Source: Mobula birostris (Eukaryota). Taken from it: a stretch of DNA of 64,000 bases. The position numbers were made by a program, and so were the translations under genes. Location: positions 116,139,589-116,203,588 of the forward strand of contig NC_092374.1 in assembly GCF_030028105.1 (NCBI RefSeq), given 5' to 3'. Position 1 is the first letter of the stretch. Each line of letters begins with the position of its first letter. Shown in pieces: positions 1 to 11,597 of this stretch. The notes under the pieces were generated by a model. It worked only from the letters and a program-made list of their open reading frames with translations. It made no database searches and was not told where the DNA came from.

Positions 1-897
1 AGTATGTGGGAAGTCAGGGACAGCACAATTGTCCCTGATGCCCACACCTGTGAAAGGTGCATCCAGCTGCAGCTCCTGACAAACCGAGTTGGGAACTGGA
101 GCTGGATGAACTTCGGATCATTCGTGAGGCAGAAGCAGAAATAGACAAGAGTTTCAGGGAGACAGTCACCCCTAAAAGTCAGGAGACTGGTAGCTGGGTG
201 ACCGTCAGGAGAGGAAGGGTAATAGGCAGAAAGAGCAGAGCACCCCTGTGGCCGTTCCCAGCAACAATAAGTACACTGTTTTGGATACTATAGGTGGGGA
301 CAACCTACCAGGGACAAGTTGCAGTGGTCGCGTCTCTGGCACCAAGACTGAACCCTCAGCTCAGAAAGGAAGGAGGGAAAAGAGGAGAGCAGTAGTGATA
401 AGGGATTCGATAGTTAGGGGGGGGCAGATAAGAGGTTCTGTGGGAGAGATCGAGAATCCCGGATGGTCTGTTGCCTCCCTGGTGCCAGGGTCCACGATAT
501 CTCAGATTGAGTTCCTGGTATTCTCAGGAGGGAGGGTGAGCAGCCAGATGTCGTGGTCCATGTAGGGACCAATGACATGGATAGGAAGAAGGAGGAGGTC
601 CTGCAAAGAGAGTTTAGGGAGTTAGGTGCAAAGTTGAAGGACAGGACCTCCAGGGTTGCAGTCTCAGGATTGCTACCCGTGCCACGTGCTAGTGAGGCTA
701 GAAATAGGAAGATGATGCAGCTAAGTACGTGGCTAAGGAGATGGTGCAGGAGGGAGGGCTTCATGTTTCTAGACGATTGGGCTTTTTTCCAGGGAAGATG
801 GAACCTGTTCCGATGGGACGGTCTGCACCTAAACTGGAGGGGGACTAGCATCCTTGGGGGTAGATTTGCTAGTGCTGCTCTGGGGGGTTTAAACTAG
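1..897 (+). pseudogene. CR1 ORF1 (N-terminal Cys motif/coiled coil + SGNH/GDSL esterase domain), frameshifted
   Basis: Pieces in ORFs 57-293, 248-565 and 553-897: ELELDELRIIREAEAEID, RDSIVRG, VHVGTND, DGLHLN. Confidence 0.9.
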
Positions 898-941
898 ATT
901 TGCAGGGGGAGGGGAACCAGAGTGTTTGAGCAGATAGTGAG

Positions 942-3811
942 GTGGAGGAGGATAAAGGTCATGCGAGGACTGCATGTATAGACAGAAATCAAAGGATTAT
1001 ACATGATAGAAATGTTCTCAGGTGCACCTATTTCAATGCAAGGAGTATTGCAGGTAAGGAAGATAGGCTTAGGGTGTGGATTGGCATGTGGGATTACGAC
1101 ATTATTGCTATTAGTGAGACTTGCTTGCAGGGGGGGCAGGACTGGCAGCTTAATGTTCTGGGGTTCCGTTGTTTCATACGTGATCGAGGGGGAGGGATGA
1201 AAGGGGGAGGAGTGGCATTACTAGTCAGGGAGAATATCACAGCTGTGCGTAGACGGGACAGCCTGGAGGGCTTGTCTACAGAGACCATATGGGTGGAGCT
1301 GAGGAAAGGGAAAGGTGTGACCACACTAATCGGGTTGTATTATAGACCGCCCAATAGTCAGAGAGAATTGGAGGAGCAAATCTGTAGAGAGATAGCAGAC
1401 CGATATAAGAAACATAAAATTGTAATAGTAGGGGATTTTAACTTTCCACATATTGACTGGAACTCCCACACTGTGAAAGGGCTAGATGGCTTGGAGTTTG
1501 TCAAATGTGTTTAGAAAAGTTTTCTAAATCAATATATAGAGGTATCTACGAGAGAGGATGCAATATTTGATCTCCTATTAGGGAACCAGAGAGGTCATGT
1601 GACAGAAGTATGTGTAGGTGACCATTTTGGGTCCAGTGACCATAATGTCATTAGTTTCAAGTTAATTATGGATAAGGATAGATCTGGTCCTCGAATTGAG
1701 GTTCTAAATTGGAGAAGGGCCAATTTTGTGGAAATGAGACAGGATCTAGGAAGAGTGGATTAGGATAAATTGTTTTCTGGCAAGGATTTGTTCAGTAAGT
1801 GGAAGGCATTCAAAGGCAAAATTCTGAGAGTGCAGAGTTTGCATGTTCCTGCCAGGATTAAAGGCAAAGTAAACAGGCATAGGGAACCTTGGCTTTCAAG
1901 GGATATTAGCAGTCTGGTTAAGAAAAAGAGAGAGGTGTATCGCAAGTATAGGCAACAAGGAACAAATGAGGTACTTGAAGAGTATAGAAAATGTAAGAAA
2001 ATACTAAAGAAGGAAATCAGGAAGGCAAAAAGAAGACATAACGTTGCTTTGGCAGATAATGTAAGGGTAAACCCGAAGGGTTTCTACAAGTATGTTAAGA
2101 GTAAAAGGATAGTAAGGGACAGAATTGGTCCCCTAGAAGATCAGAGTGGCCGTCTATGTGTGGAACCTCATGAGATGGGGGAGATCTTAAACAGTTTTTT
2201 TGCATCAGTATTTACTCAGGAAACTGGCATAGCATAATTGGAAGGAAGGGAAACAAGCAGTAGTGTTATGGAACATACAGAGATTAAACAGGAGAAGGTG
2301 CTTGCTGCCTTACAGTGAATAAAGGTAGATAAATCCCCTGGGCCTGACATGATATTTCCTCGGACTTTGAGAGAGACTAGTGTAGAAATTGCAGAGGCCC
2401 TGGCAGAAATATTTAAAATGTCCTTAGCCACGAGTGTGGTGCCGGAGGATTGGAAGGTAGCTCATGTTGTTCCGTTGTTTAAAAAAGGCTCCAAATGTAA
2501 ACCAGGTAATTACAGGCTGGTGAGCCTGACATCAATAGTAGGTAAATTATTGGAAGCTGTTCTGAGAGATCAGATATACAAGTATTTGGACAGCTAAGGG
2601 CTGATTAAGGATAGTCAGCATGGCTTTGTGCGTGGTAGATCGTGTTTAACAAATCTTGTGGAGTTTTTCGAGGAGGTTACCAAGAAAGTAGATGAAGGAA
2701 AGGCTGTGGATACATGGCCTTTAGTACGGCATTTGAAAAGGTCCCACATGGGAGGTTAGTTCAGAAGGTTCAGACACTAGGCATCCATGGAGAGGTTGTA
2801 AACTGGATTTGAAATTGGTGTGTGGGAGAAGACAGAGCGTGATAGTGGATGATTGCTTCTCAGACTGGAGGCCTGTGACTAGTGGTGTGCCTCAGGGATA
2901 TGTGTTGGGACCATTGTTGTTTGTTGTCTATATCAATGATCTAGATGATAATGTGGTAAATTGGATCAGCAAGTTTCGTGATGACACTAAGATTGGAAGC
3001 ATTGTGGACAGTGAGGAAGGCTTTCAAGGCTTGCAGAGGGATCTGGACCAACTGGAAAAATGGGCCAGAAAATGGCAGATGGAATTTAATGCAGACAAGT
3101 GTGAGGTGTTGCATTTTGGAAGGACAAATTAAGGTAGGCCATACACAGTAAATGGTAGGGCACTGTGGAGTGCAGAGGAACAAAGGGATCTGGGAGTTCA
3201 GATACATAATTCCCTGAAACTGGCGTCACAGGTGGACAGGGTTGTAAAGAAGGCTTTTGGCATCCTGGCATTCATAAATCAAAGTACTGAGTATAGGAGT
3301 TGGGATGTTATGGGGAGACTGTATAAGATATTGATGAGGCCAAATTTGGAGTATTGTGCGCAGTTCTGGTCACCTACGTAACTATAGGATGGATATCAGT
3401 AAGATTGAAAGAGTGCAGAGAAGATTTACTAGGACGTTGCCAGGTCTTCAGGAGTTGAGTTACAGGGAAAGATTGAACAGGTTAGGACTTCGTTCCTTGG
3501 AGCATAGAAGAATGAGGGGGAATTTGATAGAAGTTTACAAAATTATGAGGGGTATAGACAGAGTAAATGTGAGTAGGCTCTTTCCACTTAGATTAGGAGA
3601 GATAAATATGAGAGAACATGGCTTTAGGGTGAAAGGGGAAAGGTTCTGGGGGAACATTAGGGGGAACTTCTTCACTCAGAGAGTGGTGGGAGTGTGGAAT
3701 GAGCTGCCACTTGATGTGGTTAATGTGGGCTCACTCTTAAGTTTTAAGAATAAATTGGATAGATACATGGATGGGAGAGGTCTGGAGGGTTATGGACTGG
3801 GTGTGGAATAA
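942..3811 (+). pseudogene. CR1 ORF2 (endonuclease-reverse transcriptase) with multiple stops and frameshifts
   Basis: ORF fragments 942-1514, 1770-2237, 2349-2597, 2809-3132 and 3356-3811 carry the EN and RT motifs in the expected order. Confidence 0.95.
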
Positions 3812-4223
3812 AGTCTCTGCACAGACTAGAAGGGCTGAATAGCCTGTTTTCTGTGCTGTACTGTTCTATGGTTCTATGGGAATAAAGGGATCCTATTCTG
3901 GCTGGCTGCTGGTTACTACTGGAGATTCACAGGGGTCGGAGTTGGGACCGCTGCTTTTTACCATGTATGTCAATCACTTGGACTATGGTATTAATGGATT
4001 TGTGGCTAAATTTGCTGCTGATACAATGATAGGTGGTGGAGTGGGTAGTGTTGAGGAAACAGAGAGACTGCAACGAGATTTAGATAGTTTAGGAGAATGG
4101 GCAAAGAAGTGGCAAATGGAAAATAATGTTGGAAAGTGTATGGTCATGCACTTTGGTGGAAGAAATAAATGGGCAGACTATTATTTAGATGGGGAGAGAA
4201 CTCAAAATGAGGAGATGCAAAGG

Positions 4224-4259
4224 GTCCTGACGAAGGGTCTCGGCCTGAAACGTCGACTG
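4224..4259 (+). ncRNA. Minimal type-I hammerhead ribozyme motif (Penelope-like-element type, palindromic helix III)
   Basis: gtc + CTGACGA (4227-4233) + stem II gggt-ctcg-gcct + GAAA (4247-4250) + CGTC (putative GUC cleavage site) + gac pairing with the upstream gtc. Confidence 0.75.
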
Positions 4260-4317
4260 TACCTCTTCCTAGAGATGCTGCCTGGCCTGCTGCATTCACC
4301 AGCAACTTTGATGTGAA
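4225..4317 (+). mobile_element. 93-bp Penelope-terminus-derived insertion carrying a minimal hammerhead ribozyme motif
   Basis: 10-bp TSD atgcaaaggg (4215-4224 / 4318-4327) inside the CR1 frame; contains CTGACGA-stem-GAAA-CGTC-GACTG. Confidence 0.85.
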
Positions 4318-5042
4318 ATGCAAAGGGACTTGGGAGTCTGTGTGCAGGATACCCTAAAGGTTAACCTCCAGGTTGAGTCAGTGATGAAGAAGGTGAATGC
4401 AATTTTGACATTCTTTTCTAGAGGTATAGAATATAAGAGCAAGGATGTGATGTTGAGGCTCTATAAGGCACTCATGAGACCACATTTGGAGTATTGTGTG
4501 CAGTTTTGGGCTCCTTATCTTAGAAAGGATATACTGACATTGGAGAGGGTTCAGAGGAGAGTCACGAGAATGATTCCAGGAATGAAAGGGTTACTGTATG
4601 AGGAACATCTGGCAGGTCTTTGCTGTATTCCCTGGAGTTCAGGAGAATGAGGGGGGATCTCATAGAAACATTCCGAATGTTAAAATGCCTGATCAGATTA
4701 GATATGGCAAAGTTATTTCCCATGGTAGGGGAATCTAAGATGAGAGGGCATGATTTCAGAATTGAAGGACGTCCATATAGAACAGAGATGCTGACTTTAG
4801 TCAGAGGGTGGTATATCTGTGGAATTTGTTGCCACGAGCCATGAGCGGCTGTGGAGGCCAAGTCATTGGGTGCACTTAAGGCAGAGATAGGTAGGTTCTT
4901 CACTAGCCAGGGCATTAAAGGGGTATGCGGTGAAAGCAGGGGAGTGGGGATGACTGGAAGAATTGGATCAGCCCATGATTGAATGGCGGAGCAGACTTGA
5001 TGGGCTGAATGGCCTACTTCTGCTCCTATACCTTATGGTCTT

Positions 5043-5225
5043 AACTTCAAGTTTAATTTAAGTGAGGCACGCATATACTGTACCATGTGGTAGTGTAATG
5101 ACGTATGCAATTAACACATTTTTACATATAGCATATAACTAATTATTTAACCAAACAAGAATGCTCTATCAAACAACATATTCAGAGGATTACTCAAACA
5201 TAACTGAAATATTAAATACATAACA
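5043..5225 (-). repeat. 3' LTR (truncated at the CR1 junction)
   Basis: Aligns by eye to ~7323-7505; immediately preceded on the minus strand by a polypurine tract. Confidence 0.88.
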
Positions 5226-5562
5226 CTCCTCCCTGCTTAACTATAAACTCCAACTCAATAGAGAATGTATTTCAACTCTAGAAACAGTATACTATAAAAT
5301 ACAATTACCATATAAAGATATACATGGCATAGTAAATTTTTAATGATCCCATTCAGGGCTAAAGATTCAATTGCTGTGGAAGATTTCTTACTCTTGTGGG
5401 ATAACATCTTTCCTGACGAGGAGGATCACTCTGCTAGGCAGGTGCGACTAGTCGCTGTGACACAGTCTCTGGTTTCAGAGCCTCCTCCTTCGTGATTGTA
5501 GGAGTTGTCTCTGAGATGGCAGGAAGAGGTTCTGACAGCTCTGGACACTTTTCTTCTCCTTT

Positions 5563-6186
5563 CCTCTCTCTGGATCTACTTTTCTCCCTTTCTTTTACAC
5601 AATTCTCTTTCTTGTTCACATTCTTTCTCTCCATCTCTTCTGTGCTCTTTCTTCTAGTTTGTGCATCTTGATTTTGGGAAGGTCCATTTAGTTCACTGGA
5701 ATATTCTTTTGTTAATGCTTCTATTGGTCTCTTTAGAATTTGATCTCTCCTCTTGGTTTCCTCATCCACAACATCATCTGACAGGTTCTCTGTTTTCATA
5801 TCTCCATTGACTCCTTTCTTGCCTTCTGTTTTTCCATCTGGGCTTTGGTCTTTGCATCTACTTTTACAAGCAGCTTTTTGTCTCCCACTTGAAGTTCATG
5901 CAATAACCTTAACGCACAGAGAATAGATTCTGGTTCTATATACTCACAAACGCCGAATGCTTGAAACTTTCCTGAAGGTCCTTGAATGTTGTTCCAGCTG
6001 AACACCAAGCTGCATTTCGCAATCAGCTGCCTGATAAACATACCAGAAGCTCTCTCAGATACATTGTCTATGAAAATGTAGTCAGATCACTGATTTCATC
6101 ACTTTCATGCTTTCTCTGAGCAGCATGGTCCTTCTTTGGTCCGATATGCTTTCAACTAGAGGCACAGAGGTTGGCACCAACACTGT
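5563..6186 (-). pseudogene. RBM25: Processed (intronless) RBM25 retrocopy fragment: pre-RRM segment, RRM, linker, part of RE/RS-rich region; frameshifted
   Basis: Translates to TVLVPTSVPLV.KHIGPKKDH...NVSERASGMFIRQLIAKCSLVFSW..QGPSGKFQAFGVCEY.EPES.L.ALRLLHELQVGDKKLLVKVDAKTKAQ...DEETKRRDQ.LK..IE.L.KEYSSELN.PSQ...EREKSRSRER; recognised from memory as vertebrate RBM25 (QGASGKLQAFGFCEYKEPESTLRALRLLHDLQIGEKKLLVKVDAKTKAQ; DEETKRRDQMIKGAIEVLIREYSSELNAPSQ). Confidence 0.93.
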
Positions 6187-6224
6187 TTGCCCTCTATCGG
6201 CTGATGGTTTATGGTGTTCGGCAT

Positions 6225-7020
6225 GAAGATAGTAGTGGCATCATCCAGTAGCTTTCTTAATTGGCTTGTAGTTGGCTTTGTGGCAGGAAATGTGGCATGC
6301 AAGTGGTAGATGGATCTCCGATCAAATTGTAATTGTTTCAGCCAATCAATCACAACACCAGACTACTGGGCCTTCTGTTTTTACCACATACAAGCTTAAT
6401 GTGGCTTGTTGGTTGTTATATTTCACAGTTACAGATGTCATTCTCACATGAGTTAGCTTTTTTCCAGAATAAGTTCTTAGTTGGATATCTGCAAGCTTCA
6501 GTTTGGTATCTTTGAAATGCCTTCTAAACTTATTTTGTGGAACGACTGAAACATCTGAGCCAGTGTCCAGTTCCAGTTTAATTATTTGCCGCTCACTTCT
6601 GTCATAAGCCATGTTGCTTGTCTATTATTACTTTTCATATTGTAAATCTCAAGGCTAGTCAGTTCTGTCACTCACATCATTATCAGATTTTTCATCAACA
6701 TCATGCAGATTAGTACTGTTTTTGAAACTGTAACTTGACTTATTATCTTCTCCTCTCTGTGCAGTCCATTTTTTTTGTCTGCTTAATGTGCTCATTGTAT
6801 GCGTCCTACTTTGTTGCATTTTCTGCCAGTTCCACCTTTAAACCTGCAATGGTCTGATGCATGTGAGCCCACACCACAATGGTAACACAATTTGTTTGGT
6901 CAGGCTGGTTTCTGTTTAGGTGTTACTATTTTATTCACGGTCACTTTCATTCCTGACTGTAACTTAATTCTGTCTCTGTCTGTTGTTTCCGTTGATACTG
7001 CGATCTCCGCTGCTCACATT
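6225..7020 (-). pseudogene. Gypsy gag C-terminus (zinc knuckles) and retropepsin protease remnant
   Basis: CYHCGVGSHASDHC knuckle at ~6845-6890; KLELDTGSDVSVV...LRTYSG in ORF 6346-6612; DWLKQLQFD linker. Confidence 0.85.
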
Positions 7021-7254
7021 TATGAAACCTGAATTCTTCCATTTACAGCCTTTTTATTTAAACTCAATTGTGTCTTCCCTTTTGAAGAACATATGCTGGC
7101 TTCTTTTGTTTTAAACTTGACCATCTCTTCATGTGCTGTGCTGTTTCTTTCACACTCCGCCATTTACTCGACATTCCTCTGCGTTCTTTTTAGTATGACA
7201 GTTTCACTGCGCTTGAAATGTCTCGGGTTCACTTTTAAAATACTTTGTCACCAA

Positions 7255-7505
7255 TATCATGTTTTCTAACCTCAAACATTGAATTAATTCAAATGAAGTT
7301 GGGAATCTGACAATACGGGTGTAACTTTAAGTTTACTTTAAGTGAGGCACGCACGTATCATGTGATAGCGTGATGAAACATGCAATTAATGTAATTCTAC
7401 ATAGAACTTGTAATAAATTAGTTAAACAAACAAGAATGCTTAATCAAACAACATACAGCATTTACAGGATTATTCAAATAAAACTAATATATTAAATACA
7501 CAACA
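7255..7505 (-). repeat. 5' LTR followed by primer-binding site
   Basis: Starts TGTTG on minus; followed by TGGTGAC; direct repeat of 5043-5225. Confidence 0.85.
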
Positions 7506-7717
7506 CACACAATACTCTAAATATAGTTTATCCACTGTTTTTTACATCTGTGACATGGCTTCCCAACTTTGAACTCAGTGTTATGGCCAATGAAGACAAG
7601 CATGTCATAGGCTTTTATCACCTTCCTGTCTGTGATGTCACCGTGATGGTTACTTTCACGAATTCCTACTTTTATACACGCCAGGTTAAGATTTTACAAT
7701 CTCTTCATCTTTTTCAG

Positions 7718-8085
7718 ACCATAAGACCATAAGATATAGAAGAATTAGGCCATTTGGCCTATTGAGTCTGCTCTGCCATTTCATCAAGTCTGATCCAATT
7801 TTCCTCTCAGCCCCAATCTCCTGCCTTCTCCCTATATCCCTTCATGGCCTGACCAATTAAGAATCTATCAACCTAAATATACATAAAGACTTGGCCTCCA
7901 CAGCTGCCTGTGGTAATGAATTCCACAGATACAACACTCCTTGTCTAAAGAAATTACTCCTCAGCTCTGTTCTAAAAGGTCACCCCTCTATTCTCAGGCT
8001 GGGTCATCTGGTCTTAGACTCTCCCACCACAGGAAACATCCTCTCCACGTCCACTCTATCAAGGCCTTTCACCATTCAATAGGTA
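7718..8085 (-). mobile_element. CR1 3'-end fragment
   Basis: accataagaccataaga tail plus reverse complement of the RT C-terminus (FPVVGESKTR...). Confidence 0.85.
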
Positions 8086-8864
8086 GTCTTTCACTATTCA
8101 CCATTTATGAAGGCCTTTCACCATTCTTGCCAATTTTACATATTTTACCCTATCACATTTTATCAATTCATTGTTATCCATTGCTGAACAATATTTTCCC
8201 ATTCCTCAGCTTTACTGTTCCGGTTACCAAATTATAAGCTTCTCCCTATAATAATACTATACTTTATAAGACCTGTTGGATAGCTTTAGACCACCTTTTC
8301 CAAGGGGCTTTGACTCATGAAAGGAATATATGTTCATCTCAGATTATGAGTAATCTATTTAAATATTTATAATCCATTTAAATTGTTTATCTGCCGACAT
8401 AATTTTCAAAGCCATGTTTTGAAATAATGTGGACAACTTGCCCGTACATACACAGTTTGCTTTACTAATTTCAGATATAACTTGTCAATATAAAATTCTA
8501 TTAATTTATGATCACTTTCTCCCAGAGCATCCATTATTATGAGGTTATTAATTAATCATGCTTTAAGCTCTGAAGTCCCAGAAACAAAGATCATGAAAAT
8601 GTCATGGACTGTTAGAAAAATTAATTAAAAATGCTGATGGATTATTAGCTTTTAGAGCATAAAAGGATACAAATCGTGCTATCATTTTACTAAACTCTGG
8701 TTAGAACAAAGCTCAGTTACTGTAAGCAGTTTGAGACACTTTCAATTACAGAAGGTACATTAGCTTCAGAGGGATTACACTGTAAATTGACTGAAATACT
8801 TCCTGGATCTCATGGATTAAACTAGAAACAACATTTACACAAAGTAGGATTATATTTCCTAAAA

Positions 8865-9242
8865 TCATTCATTTGTTCATGTGCCATGTATGACGTGGGT
8901 CATCATGATCTTTCCATGACCATGATTATTTTTGTCAAATTTTTCTACAGAAGTGGTTTACCATTGCCTTCTTCTGGGCAGCGTCTTTGCAGGATAGGTG
9001 ACGCCAGCCATTATCAGTACTCTTCAGAGACTGTCTGCCTGGCATCAATGGTCGCATAACCAGGACTTGTGAAATGCACCAGCTAGCTGCTCATACGACC
9101 ATCCATCACTGCTCCCGAGGTTTCACATAACTCAGATTGGGGGGCTAAGCTGGTGCTACACCTTGCCCAAGGGTGACCTTCAGACTAGCGGAGGGAAGGA
9201 GTAACTTACACCTCCTTTGCTAGAGACGTATCTCCATCTTGA
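8865..9242 (-). mobile_element. Non-autonomous RTE/BovB-related short element (copy 1)
   Basis: Second copy at ~19955-20280; minus strand contains GAAGGCAATGGTAAACCACTT, resembling the Bov-A/BovB segment; no tRNA head seen. Confidence 0.7.
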
Positions 9243-11597
9243 TACCAATTTGCTAGAATAGAGAAGCTAAATTATAATGCTGATAGAGTAAAATAATTTT
9301 TGTGAATTGGAGAGTCTAAAGAGAAGTAAATCTTTCTGGAGTGGTTAGAATGATTGTTATGCTTTGTGTTGTTCAGCATAATAGAAATCTCTTCTGATTT
9401 TATCATTGATATAGAAGCCTTAGGGAATAGGTCAGTACTCTTTAAAATGAAGGTCTGCAGGATATTTGAGAACAAAGACTACAGCACAAGAGTACATCTG
9501 GATGAAAGTGCAGTTTTTATCAGTCCTTACTTTTAAATCTGAGAACTAGTTTCCCAAGGGCATTAGATCATGGATTGAAGGTATGTGTATGTGGAGTAAG
9601 TTCATAGGTCAACCATGATCTTATGGAATGCCTGGCCTGAATCTCGGTCAGTTCAGGACTTCTCAACAACTAATTAGCAGTGTGGCTATATGTTTAGTCA
9701 TGGACGTAAAGTCATGAAATACAGAAACAGACCCTTTGATTACCATGTCCAAACCTACCATCTTCAAGGCCATTTTACTGTGTAGGTTATGTGTATCCTG
9801 GAGTCTATTATAGCCACCTGCTGACGGTCTCTTTTTATGGTGGGCTTGATGTGTTGAAACCTTCTTCCTTTTATGTATTACATCACCAGGATGTTGGTGA
9901 ATGTGGAAGCTCTATTTTTCTCCTCTGCAGATTCCTTCCCTTCCATGGCAGTCAGAGTGTGTGTTGCTGCCTTGAGCAAGCATGGTTTTGAGGGCTAACG
10001 CTACCCGAGGTTGTTGCACCAGAATTAAACTTCTGGTTCTAAAGGACCATTCAGAAGCAATATTTGAAAAAGGAAATTTAAGTCCAGCCTTGTCATGACA
10101 TCAGTGCATTTTAATTTATTTAACAAACTAAAAGGTAGTTTCATTAACTTGTGCCTTGTTGAATGTTTAGACAGAATGGTCTCATGATTGGCAAGTAAAG
10201 TGAATGAAATGAAAAAATATAAATAAAAATAATAATAAACAATGAAAGTTAGAGAGGTTTCCTGTTATTCTGACAAGCTGAAATCTAAGCAGATTGCAGT
10301 GTACATAAAGTTTTCTGAAATTTGTCATTTTAGTTCTTATTCTTATTATTATAGATTGTCCTATCTGTAATAACTGATAGGACATAATATAATTTGTGGT
10401 ATTCTGACTCTAAAACTGGATCATGCTTGTATTTATAGTAAGGCGTGATTTCATTTTGAGTTTGTATCTTAAAGCAAGATTTTGATGAATGATGTTTGCC
10501 ACCTGATTGTGTCTGTGTCGTAATCAGATTGTGTTAAACTGCTACAGGATCCTGTAATGTGATGGATTGTCTCTGCTTTTTCTTTGCATTTTGCACATGT
10601 ATCATCTTGAATTGTTTGGCCTTTTATTACGTATTTTTGATCATTTTTGTGTTAACTACCTGGTCCTGTATTGCCGCAAGGAACCCTTCTGTTTCTGGAA
10701 AGAGGTCTCTAACTTTGAGCCAGGCATTTTATGCATCCTTGTCAACATCTAGTCTGCTCAAGATCATGGGGATGTTTTCCATGGAGGATCATGCTCTTCC
10801 ATTGATTGTCTTTTTCTTCAATGATGATAATGTCTTCATTTTTCTGGGTTGTACTGTCATTTAAGTTTAGTGGTGTCTTATTGGAATTGCATATGCTTGC
10901 ATGTTTTCATTGATGAAAGTACATCCTTAGAAGTTTTATCTCACTGTCATGTAGATTTTTCATGCTTGTAATTCCTTTTCCCCCTTCTGTCCTAGGTAGT
11001 GTTAATCTAAGCGCACACAAAGGTACATAAAGTTTTCTGAAGTTTGTCATGTTAGTTCTTACTTTGCATTGTAAATTTTCCAGATCGGTTTTGGACCAAG
11101 ATATTACACCAAAAGAATACATTAATATAAGTATAGCAAAGGTATTTATTGCCTTTGATATATTTTTACTGTTCAGCTCTGTTTGGCAGATGTTCTTCAG
11201 CCTTGAAGTAAATTCTGTCAGAAGTTTTTCCTTTATCGCACTGTGATCTATTTTCTTTCCTTGTTGATATCGCAATTAATATGTTTCATATTCATCCATC
11301 ACTTGTCTTGTATCCTGCTGCTCTGTTTTGTATTCTATTAGCTCTATTGCACCTTTCTTTATGTTTAATGTTCTGCACTTATCCAGTCCAAAGTCCATGT
11401 TTATATCTTTCAAAAATAGTTCCACTATTTGAATTAATTACTTTAGCTTGACTAATGACGCAGTGTATAATTTCAAATCATCTGTGTATAAAAGATGTGT
11501 TAAGGTGTTGCTCATTGCATTTTTTCTGATTTGATACCCAATTTTTGTCCAATTCGGTAAATTAGAGGACGGGTTTAAAGCTAGACAGAACCACAGA

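Larger units (their letters stand above)
1..3878 (+). mobile_element. Near full-length decayed CR1-clade LINE (ORF1 esterase + ORF2 APE endonuclease/RT), 5' end outside window
   Basis: ORF1 SGNH motifs (xDSIVRG, VHVGTND, DGLHLN); ORF2 EN motifs (YFNARSI, ISET, YYRPPN, GDFNFP); RT motifs (GVPQG, YINDLD, KFRDDTK); 3' tail ttctatggttctatgg at ~3864-3878. Confidence 0.96.
3879..5043 (+). mobile_element. 5'-truncated CR1 LINE (RT C-terminal half and 3' end), different subfamily
   Basis: GDSQGSELGPLLF, KFAADT, RPHLEYCVQFW motifs; tail cttatggtctta at ~5032-5043; interrupted at 4225-4317. Confidence 0.92.
5043..7505 (-). mobile_element. Non-autonomous, internally deleted Ty3/Gypsy LTR retrotransposon carrying a captured RBM25 fragment
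   Basis: Direct repeats at 5043-5225 and ~7255-7505 (start TGTT on minus); PBS-like TGGTGACAA (rc of 7245-7253); PPT AAGCAGGGAGGAG (rc of 5226-5238); Gag zinc knuckle; LDTG protease; pol C-terminal tail; no RT/RH/IN. Confidence 0.9.

Noticed and set aside
5796-6041. ORF as an exon of the functional RBM25 gene
   Set aside because: No splice sites or introns, frameshifts on both sides, substitutions at conserved residues, and it is embedded between LTRs; it is a retrocopy
9770-10025. Possible 5' UTR or ribozyme region of the R4 element
   Set aside because: Lies on the wrong side of the element and I could not identify a motif or fold to support it
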